Below are positions 37,910 through 49,251 of a stretch of 64,000 bases of DNA, in pieces; the stretch's first letter is position 1, and every line of letters begins with the position of its first letter. Where the stretch lies: positions 128,001 through 192,000 of the forward strand of contig JAFWDK010000019.1 in the NCBI GenBank assembly GCA_017513085.1. Direction: 5' to 3'. Source of the stretch: Clostridiales bacterium. GTDB taxonomy: Bacteria > Bacillota > Clostridia > Saccharofermentanales > Saccharofermentanaceae. The notes under the pieces are model-generated. The model was not told where the DNA came from and searched no databases. It worked only from the letters and a program-made list of their open reading frames with translations. The translations under genes were made by a program, and so were the position numbers.

Positions 37910-40900
37910 CTAATCTGCTGTCACGATCGTTGGTGTCTCCTTATAGTTGATCTTCAATCCATACTTCTTGAAATAGTACTCGCTGTGGTTATCATTTGAA
38001 GGTCTTTGTGCTATTACTCCAGTAGATTCATATTTTGCTGTTTTTGCCTTAATGATCGTAAGTCCCGACAGATTAAAATTCTTCGTGCATCGAAGCGGGA
38101 ATTTATACATGCTCGGATCATTAAAGTACTTATCATCAATCGGGATGTACTTTTCATTAGCATCCTTTCTTTTCGGCATAACGGGAGAATATAATGGAAC
38201 ATTGTCCCGTAAGAATACACCATCTTTATCCTTTTGGGCATCGATCGTCAGATTTGAAATATTTATATTTTCCGGAAGCATACTATAGTATGTCATACCA
38301 TCCTCCTTGATCGTGTCATACATATACTGGTAGAGAGGATCATAGCTGGCGTAAATCAATACAGCAGAATAGTACGTTCCAATATCCCATTTCGTATTGG
38401 TGATCGTTATATCTCCGAACCATGCACTTCCAAAATCATTACGGAGTTTCACCAGATACTCTTTGGAGCGGATAAATGAATTATCGATACGCAATTCTCC
38501 GAATCCGACAGCCGCGACGCCCCATGCACCAATTGTTGAATCCTTAACAGTCATGTTATACGTTCCTTGATGCGCATCGATCCTGCTGATGGAACTATGA
38601 TTCTGAACTGTGAGTTCCTTGCAATAATTCGTTCCCGTCGTACCCCATCGGGATTTATCCATGATACCCGTTTCATCAGCAGGTCCCGTCAAATCGTCCT
38701 CAGTCGGCGCGCAGTGGCAATTGTCGATGACCAGATCTACACAATACTCTGCATAGAAATCGTACGGAGCGGTAGAATTTGTATCGTCACCATTGTTATA
38801 TACACGAAGATGATTTGAGAAAACACAATTTTGCAGAGTAACATGTGCGCAGTGATTCAACCGGAAGAATCCCTGATACGGCGCACCGGTTCTCGGGTAG
38901 TAGATCACCGTCTTCTTCTCTCCGGAGACCGGATCGGCCTTCGGTGTAGTATATACAGCTTTTCCTCCTTCATTCAGTTGTCCGTCCTGGCCATATTCTC
39001 CTGCAAGATAATGCTCTACGCCCTTAAGGAGAACATTAGATCTTTGAATGTTGAGTCCACGCGTGACATATGTACGCGTATTCACAATATTCACATTCGT
39101 AATAAACTTTCCGCCTGTGATCTGAAGCAAGGTTTCATCGATTGGACATTTGTCTATGATATAGATTTTATCCCAATCCCACTGGAAAGGACTCATACTG
39201 TCAATACGGCTCTTGCCTGGGTGGTTTTTCGCATCCGTCGAATCGTATTTATTTACGATGACAACCTCCTGCTGTTCCTTGCCTATTGCATCAGACGACA
39301 CCGCTGAGCCGTTTCTCGACCATCTTCTCACAGACTGCGTCTTCAGATAATAAAGTGCTGTTTCCTGGAATTCTCCTTCGAGCAAAGTCGTATCTTTAGA
39401 GAATGTCTTATTTTTGAAGTCTCTCGCTGCTGTAGCACTGGTGCTGGCAGAAAGTCTTGGATCCAATCCGAGATAAACCCCTCCGCTTGGATTCAAATAT
39501 ACATGTTCAAGTGGTTTGCTCGGCTCGACAGTAAACAGATAGCAATGTCCATCATCCATGACAACGACATCCACTTCTATGTATGTATCGTCTTTCTGCT
39601 TCACTTTTTGCTTTTCATAATGCCAATTGATCTTTTTATCATCGATAAAGAATGTCGCTCCGGTCCAGTCCGTGTCCGTCTTGATCAAAGCTCCATTTGG
39701 ATTTTTCGGATCCATATGTCCAATGTAGTAGGTCGCACCCGGATCCGCCTTTACACGAAGATTGTTCTTATTCGCATATTCATGTGTTGCAACGATTGCA
39801 TCATAGTCATCCGTCACGCCATCGCCCTTCGCGCCGCACTCCCGGTATGTGACATATCCGTCTGTATGAATGGCAGTCGGAACCGGTGTTACCGTCACTT
39901 TATTCGTAGGAGTATTTGTCGGTTTCTTTGTCGGAGTCGGAGTATCGGTAGCTTTTTTCGTCGGAGTAGGCGTAGAACCGGATGCACTTCCACTAAAGAA
40001 AGCCTTCGATGAATTACTAAGCGCCAAAGAGTACCTCAGAAGTGCTTTTAATTCATTGGAAGCGCTGGCATACAGATCCTTCATGCAGCTTTCCACACTT
40101 GTTGTATAGGTTCCGCTGATTGAGCCGGAACCACTCTTTACCACAACAGTAAGTGGTGTCTTCAGATCAGCGGGAGCAATTCCGGTAATCGATGCAACAT
40201 AGTATTTCGAGCTGCTATCGTATCGAAAAGCACTTTGTGGAATCGTGATCTTTCTGTTCTGACCGTCTACGGATTTATACGTGACCTCTACCACAGTATT
40301 GGCCGCCGGGGTTCTCGTAAATTTCATGTACGCTTCCACGCGCGCATCGTAACTATTTCCCAAAGCAAAGAAGTCGATCGTACAAGACGCGCCGTTCAGT
40401 GCCCGTACCGAGTTACAGGATGAAAAAGAAGATGGAAGTGCCGAAGCATACCCTTTCTGAGTCGCAGTAAGCTTGGCGTTAGGAAGATTAGAAGTGTTCA
40501 CTCCAAAGAATGTCTGTGCCGCAGCACCATAGTTTAACAGATCCACACACAAAGTACGGATCTTCTTGTCCTTATCAGACGATCCATTCTGATGCGTCGT
40601 GATCAGATCCGTCAGGTACTGCTTCACGGAAAACTCGTCGACCTCACTGATGCATTTTGTTGATCCTTGGTCCGCATATACAGTCGCACGCAGAAGATTG
40701 TTCATCTCCACGGCACTCACTCCACTGAAACAGAAAATGTAGCTGTTGTCCTTGATCATATAATCTGTCAGATCAAAAGATTGCCAGGTAAACGATGTGG
40801 ATGCACCTGAAAAAACCTGCTTCTCAACATGCAACCGGACATTTGAAAAAGAATCGTTCGTATTCATCTTCACACTGTAATACACATCGACTTCACTGGT

Positions 40901-41089
40901 CAGCGAGCACGAATGTGTGATCGAAGCCGCCAGATGGTCTGCCGCATGAAGTGTTCGGACCGGATAATTGATAAAAGGTAAAAGCAGCATCACAAGGGTC
41001 AGTGCCACACATCTTGTCGTTCTTGAAAATCTTTTTCCCAAGGTTCTCTCCTCCATACTATTGTATTCTCTCTTCTTCTCTATACTCAT
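37910..41089 (-). CDS. secreted protein: shared N-terminal module, Thr/Pro linker, right-handed beta-helix (pectin-lyase-like) domain
   Basis: Signal peptide ending LHA-AD; TPTPTKK linker; YRECGAKGDGVTDDYDAI beta-helix cap; start at 41089 (ATGA overlap) or 41056. Confidence 0.8.
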   Translation of the reverse strand: MSIEKKREYNSMEERTLGKRFSRTTRCVALTLVMLLLPFINYPVRTLHAADHLAASITHSCSLTSEVDVYYSVKMNTNDSFSNVRLHVEKQVFSGASTSFTWQSFDLTDYMIKDNSYIFCFSGVSAVEMNNLLRATVYADQGSTKCISEVDEFSVKQYLTDLITTHQNGSSDKDKKIRTLCVDLLNYGAAAQTFFGVNTSNLPNAKLTATQKGYASALPSSFSSCNSVRALNGASCTIDFFALGNSYDARVEAYMKFTRTPAANTVVEVTYKSVDGQNRKITIPQSAFRYDSSSKYYVASITGIAPADLKTPLTVVVKSGSGSISGTYTTSVESCMKDLYASASNELKALLRYSLALSNSSKAFFSGSASGSTPTPTKKATDTPTPTKKPTNTPTNKVTVTPVPTAIHTDGYVTYRECGAKGDGVTDDYDAIVATHEYANKNNLRVKADPGATYYIGHMDPKNPNGALIKTDTDWTGATFFIDDKKINWHYEKQKVKQKDDTYIEVDVVVMDDGHCYLFTVEPSKPLEHVYLNPSGGVYLGLDPRLSASTSATAARDFKNKTFSKDTTLLEGEFQETALYYLKTQSVRRWSRNGSAVSSDAIGKEQQEVVIVNKYDSTDAKNHPGKSRIDSMSPFQWDWDKIYIIDKCPIDETLLQITGGKFITNVNIVNTRTYVTRGLNIQRSNVLLKGVEHYLAGEYGQDGQLNEGGKAVYTTPKADPVSGEKKTVIYYPRTGAPYQGFFRLNHCAHVTLQNCVFSNHLRVYNNGDDTNSTAPYDFYAEYCVDLVIDNCHCAPTEDDLTGPADETGIMDKSRWGTTGTNYCKELTVQNHSSISRIDAHQGTYNMTVKDSTIGAWGVAAVGFGELRIDNSFIRSKEYLVKLRNDFGSAWFGDITITNTKWDIGTYYSAVLIYASYDPLYQYMYDTIKEDGMTYYSMLPENINISNLTIDAQKDKDGVFLRDNVPLYSPVMPKRKDANEKYIPIDDKYFNDPSMYKFPLRCTKNFNLSGLTIIKAKTAKYESTGVIAQRPSNDNHSEYYFKKYGLKINYKETPTIVTAD

Positions 41090-44000
41090 CAAGTCACAGG
41101 CCACTCTCCCGGATTCTTTGCCATGATCGCATCGGAATCCGGCGGCGTATTACGGAAGATCAGACTGAAAACTTTCGTCCCGAATTTATTTACAATATCC
41201 GAATACAGTTTTCTGTTCTCTGCAATATAAGTAGATGATTTGGAAAACTCCTCCACCTTCAAGCAGGATTTCACGATACGCCAGCTCAAGAGAGTTCTCT
41301 CGGTCGTGTATTGGTGTCTGGCCGTGTCTTTGGAGACGGCGCTCATCGCAAGTTTTGAAAGCTGCTCGCATCTAGCTATATCCGTATCTGTCATACGGTT
41401 ATGGGCATCCATATACTCTGTTGCGGAAACAGCCTGTTCCACGCCATTGATCACGAGATAGGAAACTCCAAAATCGTTGCAGAACGTCTGCATCGGCTTT
41501 GCGTCATAACCCATTATTTTGTCTCTGAAAAGATACGGATTATACTTACAATTCGGACCGCAACCGTGCCTCTTGGCCTGGTTACACAGAATCTGCATAT
41601 ATTCCTTCATATATGGCGCGCTGGCACCATAGAACTGATTCATAAAGAAATCGATTTCTGCATCAACATCTGCATTCGGATTCTTCAAAAGCACATTACC
41701 AAGATAGTTTCTCAAATCACCGAACTCTGTATTGCAATCACCATGACGGTCATTGCTCTGCAGGTATACACCGGTCACTCCGATGGATTTATAGTAAGCA
41801 ATATCATGCGTCAGTGCATCGAAATTCGGATATGGTGCAATAGTCGAAAACCAGTTGGCATTGTAATCCCAGATCCAGAAATTTGCTCCGCCTTCTCGGC
41901 AAAGTCTTGCCCATTCATTCATGAACGTAACGACTTCTTTGTTCTTCACGCATGAAGTGTCATTACAGCGATGAGCATAACAGCGCGAGATCGGCGCAAA
42001 CTGAACGATGACGTGATCGTCGACCGCTACATCCTTGGGTGGTCTATAATTCCACGTATAGGCCATCAATTCAATATATACGTTCTTGTAGCCCGCTTTT
42101 TTCACAGCCTTGGAAACATAATTGCAAAGTTCCAGGTAATGCGCAGATTCGAACATACCACAAGGGTCACCATTGATATCCGGCACGGTGTGGGCCAGAT
42201 TATAGTTATAACAATCTGAGCACTGGCAATAGACTTCGTTATCATCCTGTCCAAGACAGAGGATCTGCATAGGCGCATTCTTATCATACATAGACCCCTT
42301 TAGGATCTTCATAACATGTTCCAGAATATGTTCTTTCACTTCCGGATTACTGAGACACAATTGTTTATACTGTCGTGTGCCTTTCCACTTACTGAACCAC
42401 TCCGGATGCTGTTTCAGATCCGACTCGTAGAAATACTCATTCAGCAAAGTATGTGCCTGGCCTGGACGAAGTCCTGTCGGATAGTGTGCCGTTTCCGGAT
42501 CATAAAGATACCAGTTCTGACTCCCTGCCTGATTCTGCGTCACAAGATTGGCAAAGAATCCATTCAAACCACCGGATATGGTAAACATACGGTTTTCACC
42601 GGATGCAAATTTACCGAAATATACATCAATATCCGAGAATATGAACGGCCGGTTATAATCAATGCTGATATTTGTTTCATACTTAAAATGTGTCTGATTC
42701 GTGATATATCCGTCCTCAAAAGACAACCAGAAATATCCGCCACATGCTGAGAGAAAAGCTGCAGCACCATCGATCGTACCACGCGCGCCAACTCCGAGAA
42801 TAGAGATACCATTCGTGTACGACTTGATAGAATAAGATCCCTCTGTCTTATAAGCCGCGGTACCATGCGGACGATTGGTTCTTCCGACAGAGATCTCGAA
42901 GCCTTTTGATCCCTGACTTGTTGCATCAGTGATAATGCTCGGAGTATAACCATCTTCTCTCGAAATATAAAGTTGCAGCATGTTAGCCGCATATTTCTCT
43001 TCGTCCGTAGCAGCGGAAGGGATCACGATCACGGCGTTAGGCATATTTTTCGTAAACTTACTGTTCTTATAAGTGGACAGCGATGACACGTTCGTCGGAA
43101 CAGGTGTATTCGTGACCGTAGGCGTAGATGTATTTGTCGGCGTGACTGTCGCTTTCTTGGTAGGAGTCGTTGTATTGACGCTCCCTCCGATTCCGAAATA
43201 CACCTTAGCAGATGACGCATATGCCATGAGATTTGTGATAAAATTCCATGCCTCCTCACTACCACCGGATGTGGCGGAAGCGATCAATTGATGAACATAA
43301 CTCTCTACACTGTACGTGTACTTTCCACTGATCTGTGTACTTCCCCTCTTCACTACAAGGCTCAGTTTCGTATAAAACTCCGGTGCCTTGATCTCAGGGA
43401 TCGATACTTTGTAAAGGCGGGTCGACGTATTGTATGAAAAGTCCGAGAAGTTCTTCTTGATGGTCTTCTTCGTACCTGTTACGGAAGTGTAGCTGACCTC
43501 CAGGTAAGTCGAGCTGTCCGGATTCGATGTAAAACGCAACAAAGCATTCAGGCAAAGGCTCGGCACATTGTCCATCTCAAAATGATCGATCGAACATATA
43601 CTTCCGGAAAACGGCGTATACGCATATACATTCGAAAAAGCAGACGGAAGCTTCGAACCAAGTGCTTTTTGCGCAGAAGTTAGTCCGGCATTGGCTAGAC
43701 TCTGCTCGTTGATATGAAAATACTTCTGCGATGCCGCACCGTAATTCAAAAGATCGACTACAAGTGTACAAAGTGCTCTGTCTTTCGTCGCAGTACTTTG
43801 TGAATACTTTTTCAAAAGCGCTTGGAAATAGGTACGCAGAGACATCTCGTCAGTTTCCGATATCAGCGATACATTCCCGCTTTGCGCATATAACGTCGCA
43901 CGGATAAGATTGGGCATCTCCGTAGAGCGAAGTCCATAGTAACGGAAAACATATTCGCCATTTTCCACTGTATAGTTTTTCAAGTCGATCGTTTCCCATG

Positions 44001-44253
44001 TATAGGAACTGCCTGAGCCGGAAAATTTCTGGCGCTGCAAACGAAGATACATATTCGAATAGGATCCGGAGGAATTGAGCTTCACGTTATATTTCAGCCC
44101 GAGATCTCCGTACAGCTCGACACTATGACTGATCGTAGCATCCAGATGATTATCCGCACGTGCAGAAGGCGTGTACGACGGCGCAATAAGAACCATGTTC
44201 AACATGAGTAGCATCGCTAAAACTGTCAGTAAAGATTTTGTTAGGCGCTGCAT
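41089..44253 (-). CDS. secreted protein: shared N-terminal module, Thr/Pro linker, GH20/GH67-N-like domain, DUF4838-like domain
   Basis: Signal peptide ending ARA-D; VIVIP...EKYAA...RGTIDG; HTLL...HPEWF...QLCLSNPEV...QDDNEVYCQCSDC. Confidence 0.8.
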   Translation of the reverse strand: MQRLTKSLLTVLAMLLMLNMVLIAPSYTPSARADNHLDATISHSVELYGDLGLKYNVKLNSSGSYSNMYLRLQRQKFSGSGSSYTWETIDLKNYTVENGEYVFRYYGLRSTEMPNLIRATLYAQSGNVSLISETDEMSLRTYFQALLKKYSQSTATKDRALCTLVVDLLNYGAASQKYFHINEQSLANAGLTSAQKALGSKLPSAFSNVYAYTPFSGSICSIDHFEMDNVPSLCLNALLRFTSNPDSSTYLEVSYTSVTGTKKTIKKNFSDFSYNTSTRLYKVSIPEIKAPEFYTKLSLVVKRGSTQISGKYTYSVESYVHQLIASATSGGSEEAWNFITNLMAYASSAKVYFGIGGSVNTTTPTKKATVTPTNTSTPTVTNTPVPTNVSSLSTYKNSKFTKNMPNAVIVIPSAATDEEKYAANMLQLYISREDGYTPSIITDATSQGSKGFEISVGRTNRPHGTAAYKTEGSYSIKSYTNGISILGVGARGTIDGAAAFLSACGGYFWLSFEDGYITNQTHFKYETNISIDYNRPFIFSDIDVYFGKFASGENRMFTISGGLNGFFANLVTQNQAGSQNWYLYDPETAHYPTGLRPGQAHTLLNEYFYESDLKQHPEWFSKWKGTRQYKQLCLSNPEVKEHILEHVMKILKGSMYDKNAPMQILCLGQDDNEVYCQCSDCYNYNLAHTVPDINGDPCGMFESAHYLELCNYVSKAVKKAGYKNVYIELMAYTWNYRPPKDVAVDDHVIVQFAPISRCYAHRCNDTSCVKNKEVVTFMNEWARLCREGGANFWIWDYNANWFSTIAPYPNFDALTHDIAYYKSIGVTGVYLQSNDRHGDCNTEFGDLRNYLGNVLLKNPNADVDAEIDFFMNQFYGASAPYMKEYMQILCNQAKRHGCGPNCKYNPYLFRDKIMGYDAKPMQTFCNDFGVSYLVINGVEQAVSATEYMDAHNRMTDTDIARCEQLSKLAMSAVSKDTARHQYTTERTLLSWRIVKSCLKVEEFSKSSTYIAENRKLYSDIVNKFGTKVFSLIFRNTPPDSDAIMAKNPGEWPVT

Positions 44254-46286
44254 CAATTATTACCCTCTTCTTTCGGTTCGATCTCACCACGCTCGATACC
44301 ACATGATTTGCAAAGCTTCTCGAATTCTTCCGAAGAAGCGAAGCCCTTCATGACATTCTCCCTCGTCTCGCCCGCAGCAAGTCTTCCTGCCCAGTACTTA
44401 AGTCCTCCTTCATCTGCTTCTCTATCCATAAAAGTCAGATAGAGTCGCTCGATGAATTCTTTATCAGTGGTCTTAAGATTTACAAACTCATCACCGGTAA
44501 AGAACAGCTTCGCAGCGTCATATCCGGTCTGTTCCAGATTTGTAAGTGCCATCGACCAGTACTTCAATCCATCCTCTTCCGGTTCTCTTCCGAGGCAGCA
44601 TGTGTAAAGGCGTGTCGCAAATTCAATCGCCTTCCTCGAAGCAAATTCCGCTTTATGGTAGATTGCTCCGGAACGCACGCTGTATGTCGCGCAAACATTA
44701 CACCATTCTGTAGATTCGATGAAGTCGTTGACCACGGTTTCGCGTGTCGCATCAGTCTTTAACCGTCCAAGCCAGTAAGACATACCGGCAGCATCCGGAT
44801 CACGGTCATAGAACGTATGGTAAAGCACTGTCAGGAATCGTGTGTCGTCGAGTTTACGGTTCATGAATTCCGGTGCTTCCAACAGGAAGAATCTTGCACA
44901 ATCCGCACCGTTATACTCACCGTTTTCTACCTTCTCGACCCAGAAAGCTTTTCCTTCCGGTTCCGAAGCACGATCCAGAGCGACTACATACAATCTTTCC
45001 ACAAAATCTTCGAATGAAGGTTCATTCGGATCAGGTGTAGGAGTCGGAGTACCTGTAACTCCAGGCTTTGGTGCTTGTGTCGGAGTCTTGGTAGGCGTTC
45101 CGGTCGGAGCAACTGTAGGAGACACAACAGGAGATCCGGTAGGCGCTACAGTCGGAGCACTTGTCGGCGCAGCAGTCGGTTCTGCACCGGACTTGGCGAC
45201 ATAAAGTGTCACGGAAATCGAAGTGTCGGTCAGGAAAAGATGTGTGTTCGCTTTCGGATCCTGGTCCTCAACACAGAAATTCTTCGAAGCATCTTCGCAT
45301 GCTACCCACACGATCTCCACTTTAACTGTTTTAAAGCCACCATCTTTTAGTTCTCTGGTAACCAGACTCTTCGCATCGTGATAATTCATACCATGTACAT
45401 CCGGCATGGCAACGAAAGGCACAGACGGAGTCGGTGTCGGAGCACTCGTCGGCTTCTGAGTAGGCACAGGAGTATTCGTCGGCGTTGGCGTCGATGTCGG
45501 TGTAGGCGTCGGCGTAGTTGTGATCGTCGGGAAAGGCGTCAAAGTCGGCACCTTCGTCGGAGACGGGAACGTAGACGGTCTTGGGGTCACCGGAATATCC
45601 GGACCCTTCGTCGGTGTCGGTTTCTTTGTCACAGTCGGCTTCGGTGTTACGACCGTCGGTTTGGGTGTGACTACCGTCGGCTTCGGCGTAACGGTAACCG
45701 GTACCGGGGTCGTCGCAGACGTCTTAGCAAATGTCTTGGTTATACGAACTGCACCACCGGACAGAGTCGTCAACCGCATACTTTCACCATTCAGCGAAGC
45801 AGTGGTTTTGGAATCGAATTTGTAACCGCTCTTAGGTGTGATGTCGATGGTCACCGTATAGATCGTCGATGCTCTGGCAGTCGTATCTGACGGAGACCAT
45901 GTCACCTTATAGGTCGCACCTGTGGATGCGGAGAAAGATATGCTCTTATCGAGCGCCTGTCCTGTAACGGGAGCGGAAAGATCCTTGATCGTTAAAAAGC
46001 GGATCAGGCCGCAATCGTCACAGATCGGATCCGCCGCGGATGAATACTTGTGAACAAGCACAACGTTACCAGTGTCCGGTGGAAGCATAAACTCACCATC
46101 TCCACTTAAATCCTGCAACTGAACCTGACCATCTCTTAAGTCAGAAATTTGATGCTCCTCTACGATCAGCTCCTGGTCATGAAGAGTAAAAAAAAGCGAT
46201 GTTCCCAAAACAACCAAGACGCTCAGGACCATCGTCAGAAAATAAAAAAACGGTCCACAATCGGAACCGGGTCTGCATTTTTTCAT
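44253..46286 (-). CDS. surface protein with Thr/Pro linkers, PASTA-like domain and C-terminal DUF4214 repeats
   Basis: N-terminal hydrophobic segment; MPDVHGMNYHDAK...QDP PASTA-like; FVERLY..ALDR...G..FW, LYHTFYDRDPD, RLYTCCLGRE, LYLTFMDRE repeats. Confidence 0.82.
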   Translation of the reverse strand: MKKCRPGSDCGPFFYFLTMVLSVLVVLGTSLFFTLHDQELIVEEHQISDLRDGQVQLQDLSGDGEFMLPPDTGNVVLVHKYSSAADPICDDCGLIRFLTIKDLSAPVTGQALDKSISFSASTGATYKVTWSPSDTTARASTIYTVTIDITPKSGYKFDSKTTASLNGESMRLTTLSGGAVRITKTFAKTSATTPVPVTVTPKPTVVTPKPTVVTPKPTVTKKPTPTKGPDIPVTPRPSTFPSPTKVPTLTPFPTITTTPTPTPTSTPTPTNTPVPTQKPTSAPTPTPSVPFVAMPDVHGMNYHDAKSLVTRELKDGGFKTVKVEIVWVACEDASKNFCVEDQDPKANTHLFLTDTSISVTLYVAKSGAEPTAAPTSAPTVAPTGSPVVSPTVAPTGTPTKTPTQAPKPGVTGTPTPTPDPNEPSFEDFVERLYVVALDRASEPEGKAFWVEKVENGEYNGADCARFFLLEAPEFMNRKLDDTRFLTVLYHTFYDRDPDAAGMSYWLGRLKTDATRETVVNDFIESTEWCNVCATYSVRSGAIYHKAEFASRKAIEFATRLYTCCLGREPEEDGLKYWSMALTNLEQTGYDAAKLFFTGDEFVNLKTTDKEFIERLYLTFMDREADEGGLKYWAGRLAAGETRENVMKGFASSEEFEKLCKSCGIERGEIEPKEEGNN
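45050..45720 (-). repeat. coding low-complexity Thr/Pro repeats (e.g. VTPKPTV x3, PTPTPT)
   Basis: Degenerate codon-level repeats within the DUF4214 gene. Confidence 0.7.
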
Positions 46287-46384
46287 AAATGAAACCTAGA
46301 ATATCCCTTCGTCAAATTCCCCCCGAATTCTGAATTGTGAACAAACTCAACACCAACAACATAGCACAGGTTCAAAATGATTGT

Positions 46385-46418
46385 AAATAGTCTTTGGAAA
46401 ATATCAAAGACTATTTTT
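46385..46418. terminator. terminator of the atp operon
   Basis: AAATAGTCTTTG...CAAAGACTATTT inverted repeat; a second hairpin TTTCGAAAC...GTTTCGAAA lies at about 46423-46444. Confidence 0.75.
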
Positions 46419-46448
46419 CTGATTTCGAAACAAGGTTTCGAAACCGGT

Positions 46449-46901
46449 TTACTCCATGAAACGTTTTTTCTTATCTTTGGATGATTCCGCAGCCAGTTTC
46501 AATCTGGCTTTTGCTCTTCGCATAGCATGACGTGCATAAAGCTTCTGTTCATCGTTGTTGACCGGATCGTGAAGTTTTGCTTCCGCGCGCTCGAGCGCAG
46601 ATTTTGCCCGGTTCTCATCGATCTCCTCCGACCATTCCGCCGCGTTACAGACAATGATGACCGCTTGATGTGCAATCTCGGCAAATCCCTCCGAGACAAC
46701 AAACTTCTTTTGTTCTCCTTTTGTTTCAATACTGGCAATGCCAGGTGTCACAGCGACGACCAAAGGAGAATGTCCGGGCATAACACCCAGCTGTCCATCC
46801 TGCGCTGGAAGAACGATCTTCTCGATACGTCCTTCAAAAAAGATCTCGTACGGTGTCACAACTTCCAGCATTATTGTTTTGGGAGAAACCGAATCTGCCA
46901 T
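46449..46901 (-). CDS. atpC: F1 epsilon subunit
   Basis: LEVVTP, GQLGVMPGHSP, VSEGFAE, C-terminal helical hairpin RAKARL. Confidence 0.96.
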   Translation of the reverse strand: MADSVSPKTIMLEVVTPYEIFFEGRIEKIVLPAQDGQLGVMPGHSPLVVAVTPGIASIETKGEQKKFVVSEGFAEIAHQAVIIVCNAAEWSEEIDENRAKSALERAEAKLHDPVNNDEQKLYARHAMRRAKARLKLAAESSKDKKKRFME

Positions 46902-46907
46902 GTCTGA

Positions 46908-49245
<2,338 letters not shown>

Positions 49246-49251
49246 CTTCCA

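Noticed and set aside
45050-45720. Tandem repeats as a CRISPR array or VNTR
   Set aside because: They are degenerate codon-level Thr/Pro linker repeats within a CDS, with no fixed repeat-spacer pattern and no cas genes.
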